64,000 nt of DNA from an uncultured Cryomorphaceae bacterium (GCA_913043005.1 CAJWKU010000004.1:22981-86980), one strand, 5' to 3'; shown: positions 35,823 to 46,199, counted from the stretch's first letter. Translations and numbers: made by a program. The notes: generated by a model not told the origin, from the sequence alone.

Positions 35823-37052
35823 ATGGACTCGAAGAATTTTATAGACTTAGAAGACAAATATGGAGCACACAACTATCATCCATTACCTGTTGTTTTAAAA
35901 AAGGGTAGAGGAGTTCATGTTTGGGATGTTGAGGGATTAAAGTATTTTGATTTCCTATCGGCATATTCTGCTGTAAACCAAGGACATTGTCATCCAAAAA
36001 TAATAAAGTCCCTTACAGATCAAGCTTCTCTTTTGACGTTAACATCAAGAGCCTTTCACAATAATATTTTAGGCGAATACGAAAGGTTTATGACTAATCT
36101 GTTTGAGTATGATAAGGTTTTGCCGATGAATACAGGAGTAGAAGGTGGAGAGACTGCAAATAAATTGGCCCGAAAATGGGGTTATTTAAAGAAAGGTATA
36201 CCAGAAAACAAGGCAAGAATATTATTCGCAAAAGGCAATTTTTGGGGTAGGACATTAGCAGCTATTTCTAGTTCAGATGATCCAACTTCTTATGAGGGTT
36301 TTGGACCTTATATGCCAGGTTATGATTTAATTCCTTATAATGATCTAAATGCATTAGAACATGAATTAAAGGATTTCAATGTCGCTGCATTTATGGTAGA
36401 GCCAATTCAGGGTGAGGCTGGTGTAGTTGTTCCTGATGACGGTTATTTGGCGGGGGTTCGCTCACTCTGCACTAAGTATAATGTTTTATTTATCGCTGAT
36501 GAAGTTCAGACTGGTATCGCGAGGACCGGTAGAATGCTTGCTACTGACTTTGAAGATGCTCGTCCAGATATTTTAATTTTAGGTAAAGCCATATCCGGTG
36601 GTGTTTACCCGGTATCTGCTGTTTTAGCAGATAATGATATTATGCTTTGTATTAAGCCAGGAGAGCATGGCTCTACTTATGGAGGAAACCCTTTGGCATG
36701 CATGGTCGCAAAATCTGCTCTAGAAGTTGTGATTGATGAGAATCTAGCTCAAAATTCAGAAGACTTGGGGAACCTATTTAGAAAAGAATTAAGATCTCGA
36801 CTGAATGATTGCTCTATTATTTCTCTAGTTCGAGGTAAAGGATTATTAAATGCAATTGTGATTAATGATTCTGTGGATAGCACAACTGCATGGGATATGT
36901 GTATTTCTTTGAAAAATAAGGGATTGTTAGCAAAGCCAACTCATGGTAATATAATTCGATTTGCACCTCCATTGGTAATTACAAAAGAACAGATGCTTGA
37001 AGCACTGGATATTATTGAAGGAGTGATAAGGGAATATGAAAACAGGCAATGA
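35823..37052 (+). CDS. rocD: Ornithine--oxo-acid aminotransferase
   Basis: It is a class-III aminotransferase with [37 protein letters not shown] and [10 protein letters not shown] (PLP lysine). Confidence 0.88.
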   Translation: MDSKNFIDLEDKYGAHNYHPLPVVLKKGRGVHVWDVEGLKYFDFLSAYSAVNQGHCHPKIIKSLTDQASLLTLTSRAFHNNILGEYERFMTNLFEYDKVLPMNTGVEGGETANKLARKWGYLKKGIPENKARILFAKGNFWGRTLAAISSSDDPTSYEGFGPYMPGYDLIPYNDLNALEHELKDFNVAAFMVEPIQGEAGVVVPDDGYLAGVRSLCTKYNVLFIADEVQTGIARTGRMLATDFEDARPDILILGKAISGGVYPVSAVLADNDIMLCIKPGEHGSTYGGNPLACMVAKSALEVVIDENLAQNSEDLGNLFRKELRSRLNDCSIISLVRGKGLLNAIVINDSVDSTTAWDMCISLKNKGLLAKPTHGNIIRFAPPLVITKEQMLEALDIIEGVIREYENRQ

Positions 37053-37062
37053 ATAAATAAAA

Positions 37063-37296
37063 TCAATTCGAAGCTGCCGACCACCTTGTGTACATATCAT
37101 TGAAAATCACCCTTAACTCCTCCAGCCATTCTTGCGTCAAAGTTTTTTTAACGCTTGGAACATTAGGGAATTTGTCTTTATCATATTTATAAGCTTGGCG
37201 CATTGGCCCGGCCTCTAGCTCAACAATGTAATGCGTTTGCGTAGTGTATAAGACAATACGAAATGTTGAATGATTTATCTGTTCTACAATTCTCAT
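37063..37296 (-). CDS. Hypothetical 77-aa protein, translationally coupled to the upstream barrel gene
   Basis: Its ATG overlaps the stop of the 37296..39467 gene (TAATG on the minus strand). I recognise no family. Confidence 0.45.
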   Translation of the reverse strand: MRIVEQINHSTFRIVLYTTQTHYIVELEAGPMRQAYKYDKDKFPNVPSVKKTLTQEWLEELRVIFNDMYTRWSAASN

Positions 37297-39467
37297 TAAA
37301 GCTGATATTGAAAAATGAAATTTATTAGTCTATTGGTCAAATAATTAGGGACTGCATATTCTCTAGCAGTGGAGATATCCATTATCCAGAAATAACTGGC
37401 TGTATTGCGAATTTCAAGAAGATTAAAAACTTCAAGAGATATACTGGTTTTTTCGTTAAAATTATGTTGAAATCCAAGATCCATTCTTCTGTAGGGCGGC
37501 GCCTTAAAGGGCTTAGAGTAGGCTAGAGGTGATCCAAAAGGAAACCCTCCTGTTATTGAGGCTTGCAGATATACTTTGTTATCAGGGAAGCCTTTAAGGG
37601 CGTCTTCTACTCTTAACGAAAAGGAATAACGATAATCGCTCCCCCTTCTTTCCCAAATGTCATCAAATTTCTCCTGAGATCTAAAAAGAGAAAGAGATAA
37701 CCATGACTCAGTTTTTGGTAACCATTGGCTGTGAATCCTATTGTCAATTCCTGTGACTCTGGCAATACCAGGTCCACTTCCTAAATACCTTACGCGCATG
37801 CCATCTTGTTCAAAAGGAAAGGCCCGATCTAGAAATTTATAATAAATCTCTGTTCTCCAGAAAAATGGTCTGTTTTTAGATTTAAATTTTCTCTCAGCAC
37901 CAAAAATTCCATGCCATGCATGTTGCATATAACTATTTGATTCAAGGGTTGAGTTGCGCCAGTTTCTTAGTTCTCTAACACTCGCAGTTTGAGCATAAGA
38001 TCCAATTTTTAAATCCCATACTGTGCCATTTATTGCCCAATGTCTAAAACTAAATCTTGGACTGAGTCTTAGTTCTCCACTTCTACTATCATGAATTACT
38101 CTTAGTCCACCGTCTAGTGACCATGTGGGGTTGTCTTCATTATTAATAAATCTGTGCCTGTAGAATCCATATGTTTTAAAATTTCTTAATTCTCCCGATG
38201 AATTGGTTAGTTGAAATAATTCTAACGTCTCTTTGAATTGCATCAGAGTGTCATTCTCGAGAAGAAGCACTTCTGTTGGCATATGGGGGATACTATAACC
38301 GGCAGAATCAATATTAACCCATTCATATAATTGGTCAACGCCCAATTGTTCTCTTATTCCCAGCGCAAAGGAAATAGAGCTATTGTTTGTATTGATTAAA
38401 CCGCCAATGGAAAGATGGGATTCTCTTGCAAAAAGATGATTACGAGCATAACGATGATGACCGCCAGAGCCTCTTTGGTAGGAGATCTCTCCAAAGTCAT
38501 CGGATCCGAGATTATTATTTACTTCTCCAAGGAGATAAGCGGAGATAACATCGACATCCTCAGTTTCCAGTGCTTGGATTGCAGAACCTTCAATAAAAGC
38601 TTTGAATTTATCATTTACTTGATATGAAGTTCTCCAGCCTGCGAAAGCATTACTGTAAACATAACTCTCTTGACCTTTCATGAAAACATTGAGTCTGAGA
38701 ACATCAGTGACTGTTCCAAACTCAGTTGCTCGGCTATTGGGTTTAAGGGTGAAATCACTTGATTGTGCGATACCAAGGAATTCATGGTGCCATTTTCCTT
38801 TAAAAATATTTTCTATCCACTGAATATCATATGAAATAGAATTCAAATCTCCTCTTGTGTCTCCAGTATTAATAAAGGGAGAGTTGCTTCTATATCGAAT
38901 TGCAAGGCCACCATTAGAATATGTCTTTTTTTCAAACTTTTTTAATTTCCTGTAACTTAAGAACAACCTCCCAGAGTATGATCCTAATCTTATTCTATTT
39001 TTTACCTCACTTCCAATAGGAATACCGTACGATAATCTGAGAACAGATGAAAGTTTATCTCCATCGCTTGCTCCAAAACCTCCTGCAGAAAATTCAACGT
39101 TTTGAACCATATCCGGATTAATAGCGCTTAAACCTTCTTGTTGCCCGCTTCTGGCAAGCTGCGGTCGATAAATTTCAAAACTATTAATCACCAATAAGTT
39201 TTCATCGAAATTACCGCCTCTAACACTGTACTGGCTTGATAGTTCATCGCTTCCTGCAACCCCTGCTAGTGTCCTAATTACCCCTTCGATTGATTCACCT
39301 GCATTACCAATTGCTTTGAGGCTAGATGGGTCAATTGAGATTACTGACTCGGTATATGCTTTATCAGCACTTACCTCAACTTCATTCAAACGTGTTGTTA
39401 TTGGAATAGTATCGCCTATCGATGATAGGCCAGGAATGACCGCAATAATTAATCCTGTCAGAGTCAT
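37296..39467 (-). CDS. TonB-dependent-receptor-like outer membrane protein (plug + beta-barrel, no CarboxypepD_reg domain)
   Basis: Plug-like motifs are VIRTLAGV, YSVRGGNFDENL and NVEFSAGGFGASDGDKLSSV. About 550 aa of beta-rich sequence follow, ending in an aromatic-rich C-terminus (FIFQYQL). Confidence 0.75.
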   Translation of the reverse strand: MTLTGLIIAVIPGLSSIGDTIPITTRLNEVEVSADKAYTESVISIDPSSLKAIGNAGESIEGVIRTLAGVAGSDELSSQYSVRGGNFDENLLVINSFEIYRPQLARSGQQEGLSAINPDMVQNVEFSAGGFGASDGDKLSSVLRLSYGIPIGSEVKNRIRLGSYSGRLFLSYRKLKKFEKKTYSNGGLAIRYRSNSPFINTGDTRGDLNSISYDIQWIENIFKGKWHHEFLGIAQSSDFTLKPNSRATEFGTVTDVLRLNVFMKGQESYVYSNAFAGWRTSYQVNDKFKAFIEGSAIQALETEDVDVISAYLLGEVNNNLGSDDFGEISYQRGSGGHHRYARNHLFARESHLSIGGLINTNNSSISFALGIREQLGVDQLYEWVNIDSAGYSIPHMPTEVLLLENDTLMQFKETLELFQLTNSSGELRNFKTYGFYRHRFINNEDNPTWSLDGGLRVIHDSRSGELRLSPRFSFRHWAINGTVWDLKIGSYAQTASVRELRNWRNSTLESNSYMQHAWHGIFGAERKFKSKNRPFFWRTEIYYKFLDRAFPFEQDGMRVRYLGSGPGIARVTGIDNRIHSQWLPKTESWLSLSLFRSQEKFDDIWERRGSDYRYSFSLRVEDALKGFPDNKVYLQASITGGFPFGSPLAYSKPFKAPPYRRMDLGFQHNFNEKTSISLEVFNLLEIRNTASYFWIMDISTAREYAVPNYLTNRLINFIFQYQL

Positions 39468-39469
39468 TA

Positions 39470-40114
39470 TTAATTTCTAAAATCTCCTCTTTTAAGAGCA
39501 TTAAAAAACTGTGACCAGGCAAATGGATTCGTTAATCTTCCCAAGATTGCTGTCCCAGCATTTGCCCCTTCCCCATAATAGCGATTTGCATCATGTATGT
39601 TTTGTGCCTGAGATTTAACAATGTACTGCTGCATCTCACTAGCGTCCATACCCATTGCCCTGGCTTGTTCCTTTAGAGATTGTATTGCTAAATTTCGAAG
39701 AGCAATATCCCTATCTGTAGTTTCAATTTTCATTGATAATAACTCTCTATTTAGATTTTCTGGTCTCGGCCATGGGTATAGAGTTACTTCATCTAATTCT
39801 GTTGTTAACAATTGAAGCGATACTAGCGCTATGTATGAATCCCCAAGTAACGTGTCAGGGACTAATAGTTTACTAGATTCAAAACCAAATCGAGTTATGA
39901 AAATACTATCACCCGGTATTGCGGTAAGGCTGAAAAAGCCATCAGCTCCAGATTGTGCGATGAAATTTCTTCCTTTAACTTGAAACTTAGCATTTGGAAT
40001 CGGACTTTTTGTGGAGTCAGAAGTAAGGGCAACGCCGCTAATTTGAACTGCTTGATTTTGAGCAAATAGATAGTTGAAAGAGAAAAATAAAGCCCATAAT
40101 ATGTAGTATCGCAT
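39470..40114 (-). CDS. CarboxypepD_reg-like domain protein, exported
   Basis: I moved the start to MRYYILWALFFSFNYLFAQ, which gives a signal peptide and removes the overlap with the M23 gene. The domain reads ISGVALTSDSTKSPIPNAKFQVKG...GADGFFSL, followed by a helical tail of about 110 aa. Confidence 0.65.
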   Translation of the reverse strand: MRYYILWALFFSFNYLFAQNQAVQISGVALTSDSTKSPIPNAKFQVKGRNFIAQSGADGFFSLTAIPGDSIFITRFGFESSKLLVPDTLLGDSYIALVSLQLLTTELDEVTLYPWPRPENLNRELLSMKIETTDRDIALRNLAIQSLKEQARAMGMDASEMQQYIVKSQAQNIHDANRYYGEGANAGTAILGRLTNPFAWSQFFNALKRGDFRN

Positions 40115-40121
40115 ATTAAAT

Positions 40122-41744
40122 CTATTGTATTGAATACTCAAAGGTAGTGCCGTTATGTCCTTCATCTTCTGCAAATATTTTAAAGTCTATCCTATCCTTA
40201 TCAAAGGAAATAGGAATAAGTAAGTTTTCTTTTTTAGCATCATAATAAGCCCAACTCCATTCCCCATCTATTTCGACCCGGTAATTTATAATATCTAGTA
40301 AATTATCTTTTAACTTAAAGCAAAATGCATCTTTGTTTTGAAAAGTGGTTTTACCAATGTAGTTTATTTGCGGTGCTTGTTGATCAGAGGTGATTGATAA
40401 TTCTCCCCAAATTTTCATTTTAAAATGTATTTGTCCATTTCCTAAGGGCTTTCCGACAATTCTAGAGGTGCCCCTTGGGTCATTTCCAATTAAAACTGTT
40501 TTTGACAAAAGTTCTTTTGGGTAGTCCTCTGGAGGTGTCCAGTAATAATTTATAGATTTTATTACGGGTATGTCTGGTTTACAGAACCATTTTGATTCAT
40601 TTATGTCATCAACTCTCTCAATTGTTGGTTTAATTGGTTCCATAAAAGAATTTTTTCCCCAGCTGATATTCATATTATCAATTTCAATTTTATCTGGAGG
40701 AGATTCCCATCCAATTGGAGAAATGACTTTACCTGCTTTCAGCCAGGATGAATGATCAGTATCTCTTTTTACTGGACCTTTAGAGATGGCATTTTGTCCG
40801 CTATAGGTTTCTATCATGATTGTTAAATCATAAATCCCATTTCCAGGAAAAGAGTAAATTTCATTCCATATTTTAGCAGGTTGAGAAACGGGTGCAATTC
40901 GATAGGTTCGTTTTTTTGTTCTGCTATGAATGTCGTGTTGCATGTGACCATCTGCCCCTCTTGTGTTTGAAAAAGAAAACCGTTTCATCTCCCAAGAGAA
41001 ATCTGGAACCTCTTGTTGATTAGGTTCATTGATATCTTCTATCCATACTGACATTGACTTTATACCAAGCTTAGGTCCGCCTAAATGCTGTTGCTCTAAG
41101 ATTTCTACCCCGATGTCCTGCCAATCAGAAATCACTAGTGTGTCTGACCAAATACGATTTACTTTTTGACCAGATTTGGTATGAATAGATAATATTTTTG
41201 GTTCAACTTGATCTTTGCCAATAGCTAAACCATAATCGAAAGGGTTTAAAGGCTCTTGAGTTTTACTATCTCTCCATTCAAAATGCAAATGTGGCCCGGA
41301 TGAACTCCCAGAGTTTCCTGACCATCCTATTGTGTCTCCGGCAGAAACACGGTAATCGTTTGCAGTGAAATATAAATCCAAACGATTAGATTTCCGTTCC
41401 GACGAATTTTTAATTAACAGATTATGAAATCTTTCTTGGAAGCGGTCTAAATGGGCATATACAGAGGTGTGCCCGCTAGGATGAGCTATATAAAGGGCCA
41501 TTCCAAAGCCATTGGATTTAGAGGTGAGTCTTTTGAGATATCCATCTTGAACAGCGAGAACTGGTTGGCCAATTTCCCCCCCAGTCCTGAGGTCAATTCC
41601 TGAATGAAAATGATGATTTCTAAGTTCTCCAAAACTCCCTGCTAAATTTGGTTCTAATAAAAGAGGTTGGTTTTTATAAAGATTAACCTGAGCAATTAGG
41701 GGATTGTGGAAAAGAAAAATGAAAAAAAATAGTCTAATCATCAT
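40122..41744 (-). CDS. M23 family metallopeptidase, exported, with large C-terminal extension
   Basis: It has a signal peptide. The LytM/M23 motifs are HHFHSGIDL and GPHLHFEWRD. About 370 additional residues follow. Confidence 0.85.
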   Translation of the reverse strand: MMIRLFFFIFLFHNPLIAQVNLYKNQPLLLEPNLAGSFGELRNHHFHSGIDLRTGGEIGQPVLAVQDGYLKRLTSKSNGFGMALYIAHPSGHTSVYAHLDRFQERFHNLLIKNSSERKSNRLDLYFTANDYRVSAGDTIGWSGNSGSSSGPHLHFEWRDSKTQEPLNPFDYGLAIGKDQVEPKILSIHTKSGQKVNRIWSDTLVISDWQDIGVEILEQQHLGGPKLGIKSMSVWIEDINEPNQQEVPDFSWEMKRFSFSNTRGADGHMQHDIHSRTKKRTYRIAPVSQPAKIWNEIYSFPGNGIYDLTIMIETYSGQNAISKGPVKRDTDHSSWLKAGKVISPIGWESPPDKIEIDNMNISWGKNSFMEPIKPTIERVDDINESKWFCKPDIPVIKSINYYWTPPEDYPKELLSKTVLIGNDPRGTSRIVGKPLGNGQIHFKMKIWGELSITSDQQAPQINYIGKTTFQNKDAFCFKLKDNLLDIINYRVEIDGEWSWAYYDAKKENLLIPISFDKDRIDFKIFAEDEGHNGTTFEYSIQ

Positions 41745-41777
41745 GGATGTAAGATAGGAAATGCTTATCGTTTTGGT

Positions 41778-41785
41778 TAAGTTTG
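41778..41785 (+). promoter_or_regulatory. -7 box TAAGTTTG for the coiled-coil/zapA pair
   Basis: It is an exact TAnnTTTG match 20 nt upstream of the ATG at 41806. Confidence 0.45.
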
Positions 41786-41805
41786 TTAGATCAAAATATT
41801 CTTAA

Positions 41806-42096
41806 ATGTCTACTACAATAGATAAAGTTCAAAATATTCAAAATCAAGTACATCGATTAGTAGATCTCTATCGTGAGACTAAAAATGAACTTGATGAAAA
41901 AGCTAATGAGTTGGCCAGATTGACCGATTTGATTAAAAATGAACAGAAAAAAAATTCAGATTTAAATAGTCAGATTGAGCAGCTACGTTTAATTATTGCT
42001 TTTGATGGAAACCAAAAAGATCGCTCTGCTATGAAGGGTCAACTAAATGAATGGATCAAAGAAATTAATAAGTGTCTGGCACAATTGAATGTTTAA
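41806..42096 (+). CDS. Small coiled-coil protein (96 aa) upstream of zapA
   Basis: The sequence is heptad-rich and strongly charged (LVDLYRETKNELDEKANELARLTDLIKNEQKK). It lies 16 nt upstream of zapA. Confidence 0.5.
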   Translation: MSTTIDKVQNIQNQVHRLVDLYRETKNELDEKANELARLTDLIKNEQKKNSDLNSQIEQLRLIIAFDGNQKDRSAMKGQLNEWIKEINKCLAQLNV

Positions 42097-42112
42097 TAAG
42101 AAATAGGAATTT

Positions 42113-42418
42113 ATGAGCGACCCATTAAAAATAAAGGTGAACATTGCGAATAGAAGCTACCCGCTTACAATTGAAAGAAGTGAGGAAGAGAGGGTCAGAA
42201 AGGCAGTTGTTATTATACGTCAAGCTATTGAACGTTTTGAGGAGAAATATGCAGTAAGTGACAAGCAAGATGCTTTGGCCATGACAGCATTGCAAATGGC
42301 AAATCAAATGATTGTTACCAAGAATTCATCTACTAATGTTAATCAAGATGATGTATCGGATAGACTTAGATCCCTAGAGTCTCAACTGGATGCTGTACTT
42401 GGTTCAGTAAATTCATAG
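42113..42418 (+). CDS. zapA: Cell division protein ZapA
   Basis: The stretches VNIANRSYPLTIERSEEERVRKA and DALAMTALQMA are typical of ZapA. The protein is 101 aa. Confidence 0.75.
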   Translation: MSDPLKIKVNIANRSYPLTIERSEEERVRKAVVIIRQAIERFEEKYAVSDKQDALAMTALQMANQMIVTKNSSTNVNQDDVSDRLRSLESQLDAVLGSVNS

Positions 42419-42537
42419 GAAGAATTGAGAAAAAGCCTTGTGCTTTAAGCATTTCATGAGAAAAATATGATATAATCGTAAATAGATTGGTAATTCAAAA
42501 CAAGGATAAGAATAGATTTATTCAATTTTAATTAATA

Positions 42538-44010
42538 ATGTCAAAGATTAACAGGTTATTAATAGCCAATCGCGGAGAAATAGCGGTAAGAATTATAAGG
42601 ACAGCAAAGGAGATGGGGATAACTACTATTTCCATTTATTCAGAGGTTGATAAAAACTCGCCACATGTTTATTTAGCAGATGAATCATATCTAGTTGGAG
42701 ATGCACCCAGTTCATCTTCTTATTTAGACATGGAAAAGGTATTAGAAGTGGCAAAAGTATCCAAGGCAGACGCAATCCATCCTGGATATGGTTTTCTCTC
42801 AGAAAATTCGCTTTTTGCAAAAAAAGCGGTAAAAAGAGGATTTATTTTTGTTGGACCAACTGCAGAAGCAATCGAAATAATGGGCGATAAGCTTTCAGCT
42901 AAAAAAGCAGTTTCTCCTTTTAATGTTCCTCTTGTTCCAGGAACAAATCATCCAGTAAAAGATATCGAGGAAGCAAAAACTGAAGGGGATCGTATAGGTT
43001 TTCCTCTAATGATAAAGGCCTCCGCAGGAGGGGGAGGTAAAGGGATGCGAATCGCAAATAACAATAAAGAGTTGGAGGAGATGTTTCCCAGGGCAGTAAA
43101 TGAGGCTCTAAAATCTTTTGGGAATGGAGATGTTTTTTTAGAAAAATATATTATGTCGCCTCGTCATATTGAAATTCAAATTCTATCTGATAGCCATGGT
43201 AATTTTGTTCATTTACACGAGAGAGATTGCTCGATTCAAAGGCGTCACCAAAAAGTTATGGAAGAGGCACCAAGCGGATTGCTAACTCCTGAGGTAAGAG
43301 CAGCAATGGGAAAGGCTGCAATTAATGCGGGAAAATCGTGCGATTACGTCGGTGCAGGAACTGTTGAATTTATTTTTGATACTTCAGGGGCTTTTTATTT
43401 TTTAGAGATGAATACGAGATTGCAGGTAGAGCATCCAGTAACTGAATGTATAACTGGTCTGGATTTAGTCCGGGAGCAGCTAAGAATAGCAAATGGGGAA
43501 CATCTCGGGTACTCACAGCATGAAGTTGGACTCAGAGGACATGCCATAGAATTAAGAGTATATGCTGAAGATTGCGCAAATGATTTTGCTCCAGATACTG
43601 GGACTTTAGCAATTTATAAGAGACCTCAAGGACCGGGTGTAAGAATAGATGATGGTATTGAAGAGGGGATGGAAGTTTCTATTCATTACGATCCTATGAT
43701 AGCTAAGTTGATTATCATGGGAGAGACAAGAGAGATTGCCATTCAGCGAATGATTCGAGCTATTGAAGATTATGTAATTGTGGGTGTAGAAACTACTCTT
43801 GAATTTGGGAAGTTTGTGCTCAATCATCCACAGTTTTTAGATGGTGATTTTAATACTCATTTTGTAGAAAACCATTTTCGTTCAAATGAGGCTCGAAAAG
43901 GAGAGTACGATCAACTTACAATTTCTCTGCATAGCTTTAGTTCCAAAGAGAGTAAGTATATAAAAGACTCAAAAAAAACCATTTCTAAATGGAGATCACG
44001 ATTCAATTAA
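42538..44010 (+). CDS. accC: Biotin carboxylase (acetyl/acyl-CoA carboxylase subunit)
   Basis: Characteristic stretches are LIANRGEIAVRIIRT, HPGYGFLSEN, GGGGKGMR, EMNTRLQVEHPVTE and the ATP-grasp fold. Confidence 0.9.
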   Translation: MSKINRLLIANRGEIAVRIIRTAKEMGITTISIYSEVDKNSPHVYLADESYLVGDAPSSSSYLDMEKVLEVAKVSKADAIHPGYGFLSENSLFAKKAVKRGFIFVGPTAEAIEIMGDKLSAKKAVSPFNVPLVPGTNHPVKDIEEAKTEGDRIGFPLMIKASAGGGGKGMRIANNNKELEEMFPRAVNEALKSFGNGDVFLEKYIMSPRHIEIQILSDSHGNFVHLHERDCSIQRRHQKVMEEAPSGLLTPEVRAAMGKAAINAGKSCDYVGAGTVEFIFDTSGAFYFLEMNTRLQVEHPVTECITGLDLVREQLRIANGEHLGYSQHEVGLRGHAIELRVYAEDCANDFAPDTGTLAIYKRPQGPGVRIDDGIEEGMEVSIHYDPMIAKLIIMGETREIAIQRMIRAIEDYVIVGVETTLEFGKFVLNHPQFLDGDFNTHFVENHFRSNEARKGEYDQLTISLHSFSSKESKYIKDSKKTISKWRSRFN

Positions 44011-44633
44011 GAACAGTTGTATTCCTAACTCTTCTGTTTTCATGGACTGATATTCATGGTCAACATGAACAAGAAATTGATACTTCAAAAAGTCAATTCT
44101 CAGTAATTAATGGGGATACAATCCCATGGCTTCTTCTTGATGATATACTCGTTCTGGATAATCCAATATTTTCTAACGCTGAGGCTCGCAGGAGATATTA
44201 TTTGCTAAGAAGAAGAGTTTTAAAAGTTTACCCTTATGCTAAGGGGATGGGAGAAAGGTTGGATAGTTTAAATCTTAGATTAAAGGAAGAATCTCGGTTT
44301 TGGAAACGAAAGAAAATGATAAGGAAGTATCATAAAAATTTAAAGGATCGTTTTGAACCAGAGCTGCATAAACTGACAGTTTCAGAAGGCCAGATACTAT
44401 GTAAGTTAGTTTATCGAGAAACGGAGTATACGGTATTTGATATTATTAAAAGTTATAAAAACACGTTGAGTGCAATACTGTGGAGAATTACAGCAAGTTG
44501 GTGGGATATTTCAATTCGGAAAGAGTATCTTCCAAATAGCAATCAAGAAGATGCTCTAATTGAAAAAATATTATTAAGAGCATTTGCAAATAGTTACTTG
44601 GAGCCAGGAATTTATTATTATAACTTAAAATGA
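43989..44633 (+). CDS. DUF4294-like protein, exported
   Basis: It has a signal peptide. The stretches RRRVLKVYPYAK, LTVSEGQILCKLVYRETEYTVFDIIK and NQEDALIEKIL resemble DUF4294, from my memory of the family. Confidence 0.5.
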   Translation: MEITIQLRTVVFLTLLFSWTDIHGQHEQEIDTSKSQFSVINGDTIPWLLLDDILVLDNPIFSNAEARRRYYLLRRRVLKVYPYAKGMGERLDSLNLRLKEESRFWKRKKMIRKYHKNLKDRFEPELHKLTVSEGQILCKLVYRETEYTVFDIIKSYKNTLSAILWRITASWWDISIRKEYLPNSNQEDALIEKILLRAFANSYLEPGIYYYNLK

Positions 44634-46180
44634 ATTATTTTTCTCCTGATAATAAGAATAACCCGAATGGAGACTGGGTCCGTTCAAAAATAGATTCAGA
44701 GTTGAGTAGTGATCTATTTTTCCAGGACTTTTCTCGTCATAGTATAGAAAAAAGAGGTTCAAGTTTCTCTAAAAGAAAACGAATTATTCTTGTCGATGTA
44801 TTAAAAGATCAATACTCAGAATGGGGAGAAAATAAGGATCTCTTATCACGAATTGATCAGTTATTAAATCCAAAATCAGTAACAGTAACATGTGGTCATC
44901 AATTATGTGTTGGTCTCGGCCCATTATATGTTCATTCAAAAATTCGTGAGACACAATATTTAGCAGAATTGTTGTCTAAAAAATACAGTCGACCGGTTGT
45001 TCCTATTTTCTGGATGGCTACTGAGGATCATGACTTTGAAGAGATTAGACATTGGGAATTTAAAAACAAAAATTTTTCAATAGAGGAAAACATAAAAGGT
45101 GTGGCAGTAGGCTCAATATCATCAGCTATTGTTACTGAAGTTTTGCAAAGAATGAAATTGGAACTAGGAACAAATGCTTCTATAAATGATTTATTAGATC
45201 AGTTTTATAGCGCCTATAATAAGGAAGGAACGCTTTCGGATGCGACTAGAAGACTTGTTTATGACTTCCACCCAGAAGTTATTTGTATTGATGCCTCGGA
45301 TTCCAGATTGAAAAAAATGGCTAGCAAATTATGGGAAGATGAGATAATGAATCAAACATTATATGAGTCAAGAGATACTTCTTTATGGGAGAAATCGAAA
45401 AGAGACGTTCCAGTTCCATTTAAGAAATCTATGATGTTTTATTTAATTGATGGAAATCGTTCCAGAATTGATTTTGAAAATGGGAAATATGTAACTAATA
45501 AAAAGTCATGGGAGCCTCAAGAGTTAGTTGATGAATTGAAATCTAATCCGGAAAGAGTAAGCCCTAATGCACTTTTGCGGCCGATTTATCAAGAATATAT
45601 AATTCCCAATATTGCTTATTTAGGAGGGGCAGGTGAAATTGAATACTGGCTTGAGCTTATTCCTTATTTAAAGAATTACATGAAGTCAGAGGTTAGGATT
45701 AAAATTAGAACTTCATTTGCATGGTGGACTCGAACTGTAGAGAGGAAATGGGGTCAGATTTCTAAAAAAGGCTTGGACTATTGGACCACGGAAAAAACAT
45801 TTAGATTATCACTTTTGAATTCTTTAGGAATTTCAGATGTAAATACTTTTCCTCTTCACGAAGAAATATTGCCGTTAATGAGGAATTTATATGGCAATAA
45901 AAAGGGTACACAAAGATCGGTTGAATCATGGCTTCAGAGAATAAAAAAAGATGAGGAGCGTATGAATGAAAGGGTTCGAAGAAATGCGTTGAGAGAGGAG
46001 AGTATTGATTTCGAGAGGTTTAAAGTGTTTCGAGAAGAACAACATCCTAAAAATATTTTACAAGAAAGAGTCTGGACTATCCTAGATTTAACTTATTATT
46101 TTGGTTCTGATTCTTGTTTGCAATACAGCGAGTGTTTAAAGAATGAAAGCAATGGTTTTTTATGGATACTACCAGACTAG
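44630..46180 (+). CDS. bshC: Bacillithiol biosynthesis cysteine-adding enzyme BshC-like
   Basis: The 516-aa protein has GHQLCVGLGPLYVHSKI (compare GQQ..GPLY..K in BshC), FWMATEDHD, LRPIYQEY and YLGGAGEIEYW. Confidence 0.6.
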   Translation: MNYFSPDNKNNPNGDWVRSKIDSELSSDLFFQDFSRHSIEKRGSSFSKRKRIILVDVLKDQYSEWGENKDLLSRIDQLLNPKSVTVTCGHQLCVGLGPLYVHSKIRETQYLAELLSKKYSRPVVPIFWMATEDHDFEEIRHWEFKNKNFSIEENIKGVAVGSISSAIVTEVLQRMKLELGTNASINDLLDQFYSAYNKEGTLSDATRRLVYDFHPEVICIDASDSRLKKMASKLWEDEIMNQTLYESRDTSLWEKSKRDVPVPFKKSMMFYLIDGNRSRIDFENGKYVTNKKSWEPQELVDELKSNPERVSPNALLRPIYQEYIIPNIAYLGGAGEIEYWLELIPYLKNYMKSEVRIKIRTSFAWWTRTVERKWGQISKKGLDYWTTEKTFRLSLLNSLGISDVNTFPLHEEILPLMRNLYGNKKGTQRSVESWLQRIKKDEERMNERVRRNALREESIDFERFKVFREEQHPKNILQERVWTILDLTYYFGSDSCLQYSECLKNESNGFLWILPD

Positions 46181-46185
46181 GATGG

Positions 46186-46193
46186 TATATTTG
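46186..46193 (+). promoter_or_regulatory. -7 box TATATTTG, 6 nt upstream of the guaA ATG
   Basis: It is an exact TAnnTTTG match followed by tagtct and then the ATG at 46200. Confidence 0.4.
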
Positions 46194-46199
46194 TAGTCT

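Noticed and set aside
39467-39472. Possible frameshift or pseudogene split of a single TonB-dependent receptor into the CarboxypepD_reg ORF and the plug-barrel ORF.
   Set aside because: The upstream ORF carries about 110 additional helical residues after the regulatory-like domain. These have no counterpart in a contiguous TBDR. The junction is a clean stop, 2 nt, then ATG. I therefore treat them as two genuine genes, though comparison with relatives is needed.
42419-42537. The 119-nt spacer after zapA, checked for a 6S RNA (ssrS follows zapA in enterobacteria) or another sRNA.
   Set aside because: It is too short for a 6S RNA of about 180 nt. It is AT-rich, with no extended imperfect duplex or terminator. 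It is more simply the accC promoter region.
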